Of a stretch of DNA of 64,000 nucleotides, positions 14,480 through 26,500 are shown one piece after another (position 1 is the first letter of the stretch; each line of letters opens with the position of its first letter). The translations under genes were made by a program, and so were the position numbers. The stretch lies in the NCBI RefSeq assembly GCF_001194135.2, contig NC_068989.1, forward strand, positions 68,747,188-68,811,187. The letters are read 5' to 3'. The notes beneath the pieces were generated by a model. It was not told the origin of the DNA, did no database searches, and saw only the letters and a program-made list of their open reading frames with translations. The stretch is from Octopus bimaculoides (taxonomy: Eukaryota).

Positions 14480-14900
14480 TAGCCTTCAAAGCTGTAGAGT
14501 CACCCGAGCATACAAGACGAGCATTATTTGTAATTCAATGGTACAACAGTGTAAGAGTTTGCTTTGAGATATACTTAGATTGTGATTTCTGCAATGTGGT
14601 GCATAAATTGTCAAGTAAAGGAGACGCATCTTTGCCTCCACTGATTCAATTGAAAAGTGTTATTTTGTGTAAAGTTATTTGGTTGCAGACCTCCTTTGAG
14701 TCTTTTTATTATCACTGGGTCAGATATAGTCCCCAGATGGTAACATTGATTTCAAGGCCTTTCCAGATAAGTGATTGATCATGCAAAGAGATTTATAGAT
14801 TGTAAATTTATTCTGTTCAGTTACCTATCGGCATAGTGATCATTGGCAAACTCCAGAGGTGACACTTTCATTTCTCCTTAGCCTTCACATCACACAGTTG
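14480..14900 (-). mobile_element. Highly degenerate non-LTR (RTE-like) reverse-transcriptase remnant
   Basis: Minus-strand fragments LEFAND (YADD-like) and GLEINVT (GL.IN..KT-like), with many stops. Confidence 0.3.
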
Positions 14901-15931
14901 TTAATGTTTATTTGAATTGGGTCATGCCCTTCCAATTGCAATAGATCCATGATGCATCTTACAGCTATGCCAGTCACCTGTATGGTGAGGAATCCTACAC
15001 TAGGGAGTGGTAGCGACAAGGGTTGGATAGCTGACTGCTTATTGTGATCATTTATCTTTTGGTTTCCTGTAGCTTTACTCTCTTATCCCTCTCATGCATT
15101 ACATTGTCACTGCTCAAATCAAATACAAATCACTTACATAGTGTACTGGCTGCTCTTTGTGGCACCAGCTCTGATGGGGCTGCTATGATGTTGCTCTGTT
15201 TCACCTGTTAAATATATATGTAATGTGTGAAATCAAGATGAGTCACTTTGTTGCTTTATAATCTTGAAATCTTGTGTTGGACTAAATATAGTGTAATCCT
15301 ATGAATTCCAAAGATATGTTCTGCCAAAATCTAACTAAGTGTTGTGATAATTTAAATGCAATTCATAAAAATCTGTTTCAATTCTTAAGATTACAATGTA
15401 TTCACCATAATTTCCATCTCACCAAGATGCTTGGAATAGTATGGCACATGTTGTTAAACAAAGAATATGTACATAAAAATATTTTCAAGGCTTATCTGTC
15501 TATTGACCGAAATGGTATTTGTTTTGCAATTAGCTTCCTTTTCTACTTTTTTTCAAACTTTTGTTTGTTTGTTTAAAAAGCTCTGTATGCAATTGTGCCA
15601 ACACCCTAGCATATGAGGAAATATCTCTGTAAGTGATTTATAAGCATTGTAAATGGCAGGTTTTATCTGCTGTATTAATATTATTTTTAAACAGTATAAA
15701 GTGTATCTCAGAAAATGAAAATATGTTTGAGATGGTGAGAGGGAGAGAGAGAGGCAGCCAGCCAGTCAAACAGATCAGTGAAATCTAACTTTTTTTTTTA
15801 TATTTGAAACACGCAAGAAACTAATATTTAAAGGTAGTTTCTTTTTATTCTTTTACTGGTTTCAGTCATTAGACAGCTATGCTGGTGCACCACCTTCAAT
15901 GGTTTTGTTGATCATATCAATCTTGTCGGGA

Positions 15932-16002
15932 GGCTGTTGTAGCTTAACGGTTAGAGCACTCAGCCAGTATCTAAGGAGTATGGATTTGAGTCTTGTAGCC
16001 AT
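15932..16002 (+). pseudogene. Degenerate tRNA-like sequence or SINE head
   Basis: A-box TAGCTTAACGG matches TRGCNNARYGG. The B-box (GGATTTGAGTC) is degenerate and the acceptor stem is not intact. Confidence 0.4.
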
Positions 16003-16023
16003 CTTCTAGCAACTTTTTATGTG

Positions 16024-16340
16024 AAGGCGCATAGCTCAGTGGTTAGAGCATCAGACTCGCAATCATGAGGACCTGGCTGTATATTGTGTTCTTGAGCAAG
16101 ACCCTTTATTTCATATTTCCCCAGATCACTCAGCTGTAGAAATGAGTTGCAACATCACTGGTGCCAAGCTAAATCTACCTTTGCCTTTCCTTTAGATAAC
16201 ATCGGTGATGTGGAGAGGAGGCTGGTATGCATGGGTGACTGCTGGTCTTACATAAAAAGCCTTGCCTGGACTTGTGTCTCAGAGGGAAACTTTCTAGGTG
16301 CAGCCCTATTGTCATGACCAAAGAGAGTCTTTACCCCCTT
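16024..16340 (+). mobile_element. tRNA-derived SINE (family C)
   Basis: A-box TAGCTCAGTGG (16032-16042) followed by 'ttgtgttcttgagcaagac.ctttatttca...cactcagctgtagaaatgagt'. Confidence 0.7.
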
Positions 16341-17267
16341 AACCCTTTATTAATCTCCAGTATTCATTTTAGCCTGATACTTAATTTTATCAATTTCTAT
16401 TTATCAAAAGGCTAAATTGCTATTTATGATATAAAGGGTTGCTTCAACACATCAATGAAAACACGTGTGTGCAGTTGCACATGATTATAGATGCAGGTAT
16501 GGGTGTGTGGTCAAGAATTTTGCTTTGCAGCCATGATATTTGGAGTTCAGTTTCAATGCATGGTACCTTAGATAAGTATCATCTGCTATAATCACAGAGC
16601 TGACCACAGCCTTGTGAGTAAATTTAGCAGACAAGAACTGAAAAGAAAGACATCATTTGTGTATGTATGTTTTTGTGTGTGTATCCTGTCTAGACATGTT
16701 TTCTTGCCCTATACAATCAGCTAGAAAGTGGTTACAACTTGAGAAGGGGACCTCATGATTCATTGGGTTTGCTTCTTGATTGGATAGGGATTTCTCTACA
16801 CAGTTTATTCAGTCAGCAAAGCTCACACAGATCATCTTATCATTTTAGAAAAGACAGACACACTGCATAACATGGTCCTGAAGAAAAAAAAAAAAAAACA
16901 GAGTGGTTAAGGCTAAAGTAGTTCTGATCAGTTGCCTGTTAGATCAGGAGTAAATCTGGAGTTAAAGATCAGCTGCATCACCTGAAGCAGTTAAAGTTTG
17001 AATCTGTAAATATTTGTGTCAGTTGACTAACACCTTTACCAATCAATCATTCTTTCTTTTGACATTGATTTTCTTTAATACAATGGCTGTTGTTCCGAAC
17101 AACAAACGTATGGAGATCAATACAGGATATAAACTAAAAATATGTTGGTGCTATTGATGTTCTGTCAATCAATTTACACCTCGCATAAACTGTATAGAGT
17201 TGGGTACTCTTTTTTCCCTAAGAAATCAGTATTGATTTCATAGAACTCAAAAGCCAATATATATATA

Positions 17268-17812
17268 CAGGGTGTGATGGGTAAATTGTTGCCATTTTAT
17301 ATTTTTAATTTTGCACATTATTTGTTTTTCATTTTATTGACTACACAGTATGGTAGGGTCAGTTGGGCACCATCTGTGAGAAAAACAGCACCATCATGCA
17401 ATTCACTCTGCTGTACTGCTTTGCATTCTTGCCAGAAACTCTGATACAAACATTTCAGAGTATTTGGGTGTCAGTCTAAGGACATGTACTGACCGTGATA
17501 AAAATCAAACATCCAGTCAACATCATGGTGTTTGGAGTGAATACTAGTGATGGCAATGTTATTCCTTCATTCATCTTCCCACACGGCCTCAAACTCAACA
17601 TGGAGGCCTACATCAAATGCTTGAAGGAGGTAGTGCTGTCCTGGTTCAAGAGGGTGGATGCTGGAAGACCATATGTCTGGCAACAGGACTCTGTACCATG
17701 CACACAAGCAGAACTCGGTCATGGCTGTCAGACAATTTCTGCAACCACATCACCTTTAATATCTGACCACTTAACTCCCCAGGCTGCAACCCCCTTGATT
17801 TTTATGTGTGAA
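17268..17812 (+). mobile_element. maT-type (DD37D) Tc1/mariner element, internally deleted and 3'-truncated
   Basis: Starts TA|CAGGGTG in a TA tract. ATG 17396 gives an HTH remnant joined to KHPVNIMVFGV...RPYVWQQDSVPC...(W)PLNSPGCNPLDFYV. The D2-D3 spacing reconstructs to ~37 after correcting small indels. Confidence 0.85.
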
Positions 17813-18064
17813 GCCCATCGTGTATATATATATATATATATATATATATNNNNNNNNNNNNNNNNNNNNNNNNNNNNNNNNNNNNNNNNNNNNNNNNNNN
17901 NNNNNNNNNNNNNNNNNNNNNNNNNNNNNNNNNNNNNNNNNNNNNNNNNNNNNNNNNNNNNNNNNNNNNNNNNNNNNNNNNNNNNNNNNNNNNNNNNNNN
18001 NNNNNNNNNNNNNNNNNNNNNNNNNNNNNNNNNNNNNNNNNNNNNNNNNNNNNNNNNNNNNNNN

Positions 18065-18242
18065 CGCCAACCACTCAGAGAGTGTAGTAAGTGCTTTTAC
18101 GTGTCACCTGCACGAAGGCCAGTCAGGCGATACTGGCAACGGCCACGCTCGAAATGGTGTCTTTTATGTGCCACCCGCACAAGCCAGTCCAGGGGCACTG
18201 GCAACGATCTCGCTCGAAAATCCTACGGAAGCCAGTCAGGCG

Positions 18243-18245
<3 letters not shown>
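18065..18245 (-). mobile_element. RTE-LINE 3'-UTR fragment with internal tandem subrepeats
   Basis: Near-identical to 45261-45352 ('cgccaaccactcagagagtgtagt...gcttttacgtgtcacc.gcacg'), with repeated 'gccagtc..ggc..tactggcaacg' units. CpG-rich, so probably young. Confidence 0.75.
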
Positions 18246-18276
<31 letters not shown>

Positions 18277-18747
18277 ATTTGTGTGCCTGTGTTTGTCCCC
18301 CCCACCATCACTTGATAACCAATGTTGGTATGTTTATGTCCCTGTAACTTAGTGGTTTGGCAAAAGAGACCGATAGAATAAGTACCACTGCATGGTACCT
18401 TGGACAAATGTTTTTAGTATAGCCCTGGACCAACTAAAGCCTTGTGGATGGATTTGGTAGTCAGAAATTGAAAGAAGTATGTTGTGTGTATGTGTTTTTA
18501 TGTATCATTGTATCAACTAGACTATTGGATGTTATACACAGCTGGTCACAATGCATTTCCTTCCTTTGTTTTGACTTTCAAATGATACCAGCTGCTGTTT
18601 AAGCAGGCAGGCCAACATACCTCTTGAATCCCAACCACATGGTTCTGGATTCAGTTCCGCTGTGTGGGGCCTTGGGCAAGTGTCTTCTACAATACAGGCC
18701 TTGTGAGTGGATTTGGTAGACGGAAACTGAAAGAAGGCTGCAATTGT

Positions 18748-18750
<3 letters not shown>

Positions 18751-18804
<54 letters not shown>
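18751..18804. repeat. (TA)n microsatellite, one of many (most gaps are flanked by TA tracts)
   Basis: Direct reading. Confidence 0.95.
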
Positions 18805-18811
<7 letters not shown>

Positions 18812-20058
18812 GTGCATGTATATAATATATGTGTGTGTGTCCGTTTGCCCCCTACCACCACTTGTCAACTGGCATTGGTGTGTTTGCATCCCCATAACTT
18901 AGTGGTTTGGGAAATTGATAGAATAAGAACCAGGCTTAAAAAAGAAAAAGATCTGCTGGAGTTGATTCATTTGACTAAAAAATTTTTGCGACAGTGCCTC
19001 AGCATGGCCACAGTCTAAACAAGTTAAAAAAAATAAAAAGTGTGTGTGTGCGTGTTTGTCTCTACTCCCGTCTCGACATCATGTGGTGGTTGTAAACAAG
19101 CATCACTGTCATACAAGCAGGATTGTTCATTCCCAGGCTTTTGTGAAAAAACATGACTGACCATAGTGAATATTATCTTGGTTGGAAACTGGTGCAAGTT
19201 GGTGACTAGAATGGCATATCCATAAAAAAAAATCTACCTCAACAAATTTCATCTGACTCATGCAAACATGGAAAAGTGGACATTAAATAAAGAAGTATGA
19301 TGATATATCTAGAAGGTATAGCAGAAACCCTCCTCTACCCCTATTGGTGTGGCATTGTTGAAGTTAGGCAGGTGATAATGTTGTCTTCATGTAGCTTTTT
19401 TCCTTTCATCCTTTTGGGGTCAATAAATTAAGTACCAATTGAGCACAGGGGTTAAAGTAATCATATTATCCCATCCCCCAAATTGCTGGCCTTGTGCCAA
19501 AATTTGAAACAAATATTTTACCTTTTTTGTCTTTTGTCTTTGAATTACCATCATGCTTTTCATCAGTACACAACATGCATTTGCTGTTGAAATGTTTGTT
19601 GCCATGTAAAATGTGTGAGATTTTTTTGCTACACTCTGTATTTGAAAAAATAAAATATATCAACCCCTGGCAGGCCGAATATAGAGGAACAAAGCCAAAA
19701 TATTACAGTAACATTTATTAGATTCTCTGGTTTATTGTTTCTGCCAATCCTGTTTATCAAAACCCAATCAAGTTATATGATGGTAGATAATTTTTCAGGG
19801 GATTTGTTAACTTCACCTTTTACAGATGAAAATTGTTTTGTTTTACCTTCTTTTTATTATTTACATTTGCATATGAGTTGTGTAGATCTGTACATTAAAA
19901 GCAATAATCATATTAATAACTCATACCATTCATTTAGACAATTAACCCAAGCTAACTTTCAAATAAACACTTTATCTCTCACACACTTTTTATTCACTCT
20001 TTCTTGCCCACTCACTCTCTTTCTTTCACTCTCTAACTCCCCATTCTCTCTCTCATTC

Positions 20059-20089
<31 letters not shown>

Positions 20090-21155
20090 CATACACTAAC
20101 ACAAACACACACACATATATATACACAGTCCTACCCAAAATGTTAGATTCTTTCTCTCCACCCATCTTCCTCATGGTAAATAATTTATTATTCTACTTCA
20201 CAAAGATTTTTCTACTTACTCTTTGCCAATGCAGGCCGTTCCTACTCTCCCTGGAGTCTACAATATTTCACCCATATTTCAACCGCGATTGTTGGCAGTT
20301 TTTCCTTTCTTTTTTAGAAATTCATCTGTTCGAAATATTCCTCGTTGTTTCTCGACATTTTTTTTTTTCACACAACACAGTTTATTTTTGTTTTTTTTTT
20401 ACATCCGATTACATAACTTCCTCAACCACTTTCACATTCTCTTAATTAATCTTGCTCACTTGTCCTTCAACCATTTTTTCCATGAAAGCAACCAATCAGT
20501 GCCATTGACGCAGACACAATTATCCCTCATTCTCTCATGTTTTTTTTTTTTTCCTCAGTACTTTATGCTGTTGTTCAGAGACTATTTTTTTATGTAATGA
20601 TTCTTTGCTAATTTAGACTCAAGGTCAACAGTTTTGAGGGGAGGGGTTAGTTGATTATATCAACTCCCAGTATTTGACTGGTACCTTTTTCTTTTTATCA
20701 ACCCTGTTGAAATGAAAGACAAAGTCAATCTTGAGAAGGAGCTACTTGATTATACCAACTCCAAGTACTTGTCTGATACTCTCTTATTTTTTTTTATCGA
20801 CCTTCTTGAAATAAAAGGCAAAGTTGGCCTTGAGAGGGACTAGTTGATTATGTGAGTACTTGAGTGATACCTTCCTTTAAAAAAAAAGGTATCACTCAAG
20901 TGCTAACGATTCTGTCAGCTTCAATAATAATAATAATAATAATAATAATCCTTTCTACTAAAGACACAAGGCCTGAAATCTGTGGGAGAGGGGCTAGTCG
21001 ATCACATCAACCCCAGTGTCTCACTGGTACTTAATTTATCAACCCCTTTCAGGGTTGATAAATTCTGCAGAATTTGAACACAGAACTTAGCAGCAGACAG
21101 AATACCGCTAAGAATTTCACCCAGCATACTAACGATTCTGCCAGCTCGTCTCCTG

Positions 21156-21770
21156 AATAATAATAATAATAATAATAAATGCCCTGATGCAGTACCAGGC
21201 AGTGGCTCTCATGGCTTCTGATCTTAACTGATTGGAAGGGTTATCATGTACATTGTTTTGTCTTGGTAGAAAAGATGGGCTAGAACAAATATTCTGCTTA
21301 ATACCACAGATTTGCTTGTCATTTACTTGACCTTAACCACTTGAACATGTCTCTTAGTAGCTGACGATATGTGCATTTCTAATCACAAGCAGGAGAAGTA
21401 GGGGGAGCATCATAGCCATGTGTTGAGAGGGATTCTTTGGGGTTTGGATATTTAAGAAATTATGAATATTTTACAACCCCACTTCCTGCCCCCGATTGTT
21501 TCTGTTTAGAAATTAGAATATTGGAGAGCCTGAGAAGGTCATTGCTGGCATTTATCCACAGTGATTTTAAAAAAATTACGGAGATGTATTTGCATAGCAA
21601 GTGGCTTGATCTGAGATTGTGTACTGAAACAAAAACAATTGCAGTGTGGAAGATGTTTGTAAACCATTCAAGAACACACAAATACCATTAGTTTCACTTC
21701 AACATTAAAACTTCATTTGTCTCAAAATATTTTCATTGCTTTGAAACCGCGACCTGTTCACTGACAAAAC
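21156..21770 (-). mobile_element. Interspersed retroelement-like repeat ending in a (TTA)n tail
   Basis: 21560-21770 is the reverse complement of 36650-36855. The minus-strand 3' end is '...ctgcatcagggcattt(att)n'. Family not assigned. Confidence 0.65.
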
Positions 21771-23280
21771 TTCATAAAAGTGATGCAGCACAAAGCCTTG
21801 TCAGTGAACAGTAAATACGCACGCGCACACACATACACACATATTCATTGCCTTTCATTTGTGTGTATGTGTATTTATGTGTGTGCGTGAGTGTGTAGTA
21901 GTGTGTTTCTGTGTGTCACTGTCGAAGTTGTTTGGAAACTGTGTATAAGGAGCAAGTTTTGAGTACTTGTCGGTAACTTTTTGTTTTTTTTCTTCCTCAT
22001 CTTCTAATAGAAATTACCCAACTTTCTGGGCTCTTCTCACAGCTATCCTGCATTCAAAAATTATACGAGTATTTTAAAAAATTTCATTCAATAAATGTTT
22101 TTACAGTACATATACATTAATAGCAAATAAAACTTGAAACAGAAAGTGAAAGACTTTGCAAATGAAAATGGAATACTCTGCAGTGAATGCAGTGAATATT
22201 TAAATTTGTGATGCATTGGATGCAGTGAATATTTAAATTTGTGAAAAATTGGAGTTAAAAAAATTCAATAAACTTGAGAAATCAAAATTATAGGAAATTT
22301 CTTAGAACATGAATTTATAAAAATATTTCCAGACAGTCAACCCTTTAATAATTGTTTTCTTTTACTACTTTTAGTAATTGTTACATACCTAATTAATAAG
22401 CCGCTTTCTCCATTATTATAATTATTTCTAATATTGCCATAGTAATTGTGATCTCTTTTGAGGCCTGCATTATTAAATCATTCACAGTATGTGACTGATA
22501 TTTTTATTCCACAAAATAACACATTTGTGGAGGGGTATAAGTTATGTGTAATGGCATTTTCCTGCAAGTTGGTAATGCCTCAATTCCAGTCTCTTTCAGC
22601 CTCTTAGACTGCTGCAGTTTGGGTATTATGCTAAGTGCAGCCAATTACCACATGAATAATTTCAATCCTTATGTCACACACTCTTTCCATTCCTCTAGTT
22701 AGGTTGATATTTCTCAATTTTCTCAATCTCCTTAATACCAATTTTATTTTTTAAGTTACTACAGTACTTTTGGAGGGAGATTTGGCTGCTATTGAGGTTT
22801 TCATGCTGGCTCAATCACTACAGGGACAGTTGAGTGCTATTTCTATCAGGTACAAGTTTTTGGCCTGGCGACTGTAGTAAGACATGTGTTATAGAGGGGG
22901 GGGGGGCTTAAAGTTTTTTTTGGTTGTTCCTTCCACCTCATCCTTTAGTATAATGCCTTCTTTGTCTTCTTCCATTATCAAAGCAATATGTGGAAGTTGA
23001 TAGAAAAGTTGTGACCTCCTGTAACTTTTTGGAAAATTAGATAAGAATGATAAGTTTAATACAGCTAGATGGCACCATCCTCAAATAAAATCTGTAGATT
23101 GAGAGGAAAGTGAAGGTACTTGCCTTTGTGTTGAGAGCAGTCAGTATTATGGCCAACATGGTTATATCCCCTTGGTTGATTTTATTATATCATCCATGAT
23201 ATATTTCATATTTATTATTTACTATTATTATTAAGGTGGCAAGCTGACAGAATTGTTTGCCTGCCAGACAAAATACTCTC

Positions 23281-23662
23281 TCTTTACTTGTTTCAGTCAT
23301 TTGACTGCGGCCATGCTGGAGCACCGCCTTTAGTCGAGCAAATCGACCCCGGGACTTATTCTTTGTAAGCCTGGTACTTATTCTATCGATCTCTTTTGCC
23401 GAACCGCTAAGTGACAGGGACATAACCACACCAGCATTGGTTGTCAAGCAATGCTAGGGGGACAAACACAGACACACACATATATATATATACATATATA
23501 TACGACAGGCTTCTTTCAGTTTCCGTCTGCCAAATCCACTCACAAGGCTTTGGTCGGCCCGAGGCTATAGTAGAAGACACTTGCCCAAGATACCACGCAG
23601 TGGGACTGAACCCGGAACCATGTGGTTGGTAAACAAGCTACTTACCACACAGCCACTCCTGC
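23281..23662 (-). mobile_element. Near-intact tRNA-derived SINE (family A)
   Basis: Minus strand starts gcaggagtggctgtgtggtaagtagc (A-box-like) and ggttcagtccc (B-box-like). Highly similar to 35411-35794. Confidence 0.88.
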
Positions 23663-24269
23663 ACCTATGCCACTCCTGCAAGCATTTTGCCCATCTGTAC
23701 TTTCAGAATTCAAGATTTACTGAGGTCGTCTTTGCTTTTCTTAATTTCAGACTCAATGAAATAAAAACCAGTTGAGCACTAGGGTCAGTGTAATCAACTC
23801 ACCCCCATCTCCCCTGAAATTGCTGGCTTTGTGCCAAAATTTGAACCCATTTTTATTATCGTTATTATAATGGCAGAATTATTAATGTGCCTTGTGTGTT
23901 TTCCTTCTGTTTCTTTACATTCTGAGTTTAAAACCTACCAATGTCAACTCTGCCTTTCATTCTGTTGGGGGTTGATAAAACAAAGTACCATTCAAGTCCC
24001 ATTTAAACAACTAACTCCAACTTCAAAATTCCTGGTCTTGGGCCTATATTAAAAGCCTCATTTTATCAAGAGACAGGATTGGTAAGGCTAGTGGGTTTGA
24101 GTGGGCCTAACTTCAGTATGCTTCTTTTATCTAAGAAAGAAATTGGGAGAGAGTACTCTCGATGCATTGGAGATAATTGAGGTCTTTTGTTTGAGCTTCC
24201 TTGCTGAATTATTCTAGGTGGACTGCCCTATCTTTCTTGTAGTTGATTTCCTATTGATTGATGTAAACC

Positions 24270-24660
24270 CCACCTTTTGGATATTGTATTTAATCCTTTT
24301 ATAGTGCCTAGAGTAGAGAGGGAAGTGCTGTCTCATAGCAAATTTGTTGGAAGAATGGTCAGTATAAACGGACCAATTCTGAGAATACACCTGTAGAAAA
24401 AAAGGTAATGTAAAAGGAGAAAGGGCTCTATACCCCTTTCTTATTTTTCTGACCAGGCTCCCATGGCTTTTGTGGGTTTTTCCACATGTAACCTTTTCTT
24501 TTTCGAAGCGCCTCACCCTATTGGGAGTTTTATTTGTTATATCTGTCTCTGTTTTTCCTCTGTTTACACGAACGTTTTTCTACTTTTCGGACAAAACCCT
24601 ATGTAACCTTTGTCCTTACATGTTTTTGATTTATATTAGCCCTTGTGGCCAATAAAACGA
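24270..24660 (+). mobile_element. 3' end of an L1/Tx1-like non-LTR retrotransposon
   Basis: C-terminal remnant VEREVLSHSKFVGRMVSINGPILRIHL* (stop 24394-24396), a T-rich 3' UTR and AATAAA at 24651. Family assignment is from recall of this ORF2 end. Confidence 0.45.
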
Positions 24661-25364
24661 ATTAATTATTATTATTATTATTATTATTAAGGCAGTGAGC
24701 TAACATCATTGTTCACATGTTGGACGAAATACTTAGCTGCATTTCATCTGACTCCTTATATTGTGAGTTTAAATACTACCACAGTCAAATTTGCCTCTCA
24801 TCTTTTTGGGGTTGATAAAATAAGTACCAGTTATGCATTGGGGTCAATATAATTGACTAGCCCTTCCTCCAAAATTTCAGGCCTTGTACCTTTAGTAGAA
24901 AGGATTATTATTATATAGTGAAATACTTAGCGATATTTCATATGTTGCTACATTCTGAGTTCAAATTCCCCGATGTCAACTTTGCCTTTCAAGGTTGATA
25001 AATTAAGTATTAGTGAAACACTGGGGTTGATGTAATCGACTAGTCTCCTCCCCACAAATTTCAGGCTTGTGCCTATAGTAGAAAGGATTATCATTTCATA
25101 TTTCTTCTATTCCTGTTCCAAAACTCCTTTCCTGTAAATTACATTCTCAGTCCCTAACTTATTTTCCATACTTCAGAATGTAGTCTATAGCCTCCCACAG
25201 CTGTAACACATCACTCACATATCTGTTGTTATCAAGGGGTCAAAGTTTTTCCTTTTTTTATTTTTTTTATTGGGGGTCAAATATTTCAGAGATAAGCAGT
25301 TGAAAGCTAATTCTCTTGATTTAACAGCTCTCTGCATGCACTGACTATTATGTATGTATGTGTG

Positions 25365-25405
<41 letters not shown>

Positions 25406-25408
<3 letters not shown>

Positions 25409-26118
25409 GGTGTCCATAAAGTCTTTTTACAATTTAAAAAATTTATTACAAAAACAATTGATAAGATATCTTAATCAGACTTGTTCTATTCTACTCAGTG
25501 GTTTTCGAAGTTTTTTTTTACCTCCTTTTAATACACCTCTATATGGGTACCGTTAGTCACACGAAGCACATCAAGACGGTACTCGATTTCTTGCCATGTT
25601 TGCTACAGCATAGCCTCATCAATGGTTGCAATTGCATCTGTTATCTTTTGCTTTAGTTCAGTAATATCCCGTATCTTTGTTCAATGCATGATATCTGTAA
25701 CATAGCCCCATAGAAAGAAATCCAGAGGTGTGATATCTGGTGAACGTGGTGGCCACGGAATTGGTCCATCCCTTACAATCCAACAGTCTGGAAATGTTTG
25801 ATTGAGGAACTCACAAACATGCAGTCCCCAATGTGGTGGGGCACCATTTTACTGGAAAATGATGGTTGGTTGAAGGTCCTGGAGATGTGGTGCCATATTC
25901 AGTCTAAAGGTCAAGGTAGACATCTGCAGTAATTGATTTCTCATTGAAGAAAAAATGGACCAATAATTTGATTGCACATAATCCCACATCAGACATTCAC
26001 TTTGGGACTGGGACTATCTCACTGAACTTCTCTAGTCACATGGGGGTGCTCTGATCCCCATATGCTCACATTGTGTTTGTTGAGTTTCCCTGAAACATGA
26101 AAGGTTGCCTCATTACTA
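25406..26118 (-). mobile_element. DD41D (rosa/Visitor-type) Tc1/mariner element, 5'-truncated
   Basis: Minus-strand translation: S(N)EATFHVSGKLNKHNV...IIGPFFF...FQ*(N)GAPPHWGL...WPPRSPDITPLDFFLWGYV...GTHIEVY* (stop 25528-25530), with 41 residues between the D2 and D3 positions. Terminus TA|CAGGGTG at 25406 in a TA tract. Confidence 0.9.
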
Positions 26119-26354
26119 TGCTGGTGGCAAGTAAAAAGCACCATCTGAACATGGTCAGTGCAAGCCCCCTCCCCCTCTCCCCACTAGCTGGAATTGTTGT
26201 AGCAGTAGTAGACCAAGCAAAATAATATGTGCATCAGGAGAAGCAAATAGAATATAGAGGAGAAATAAGATGAGATTTTCAAGCCATCAGAATAGTTCCC
26301 AATACAGTAAAAAGAAAGAAAAGAAAATTATTTATAAAGAAGAAAAAATAATCT

Positions 26355-26500
26355 CGGAGGGTTGGTGTTAGGAAGGGCATCCAGCTGTAGAAACATTGCC
26401 AGATCAGATTGGAGCCTGGTGCATCCTCCAGGATTCCCAGTCCCCAGTCAAACCGTCCAACCCATGCCAGCATGAAAACGGACATTAAATGATGATGATG
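26355..26500 (+). mobile_element. RTE-LINE extreme 3' end with (GAT)n tail
   Basis: 'gttaggaagggcatccagctgtagaaac...ccaacccatgccagcatg...ttaaatgatgatgatg'. Another copy at 49175-49318. Confidence 0.8.

Noticed and set aside
15138-15204. Apparent 67-bp minus-strand exon with good splice sites (ETEQHHSSPIRAGATKSSQYT)
   Set aside because: Its core 'gctggtgccacaaagagcagccagtacactatgtaag' resembles the RTE-associated repeat motif 'tgccac..aaaaagcac.cagtaca.t.tgtaaagt' (compare ~54700-54735), so it is more likely a repeat remnant.
19735-20445. Longest gap-free ORF in the track (236 aa)
   Set aside because: TTG start, low-complexity F/L/I/Y composition running through (CT)n and (TA)n microsatellites, and no recognisable domain.
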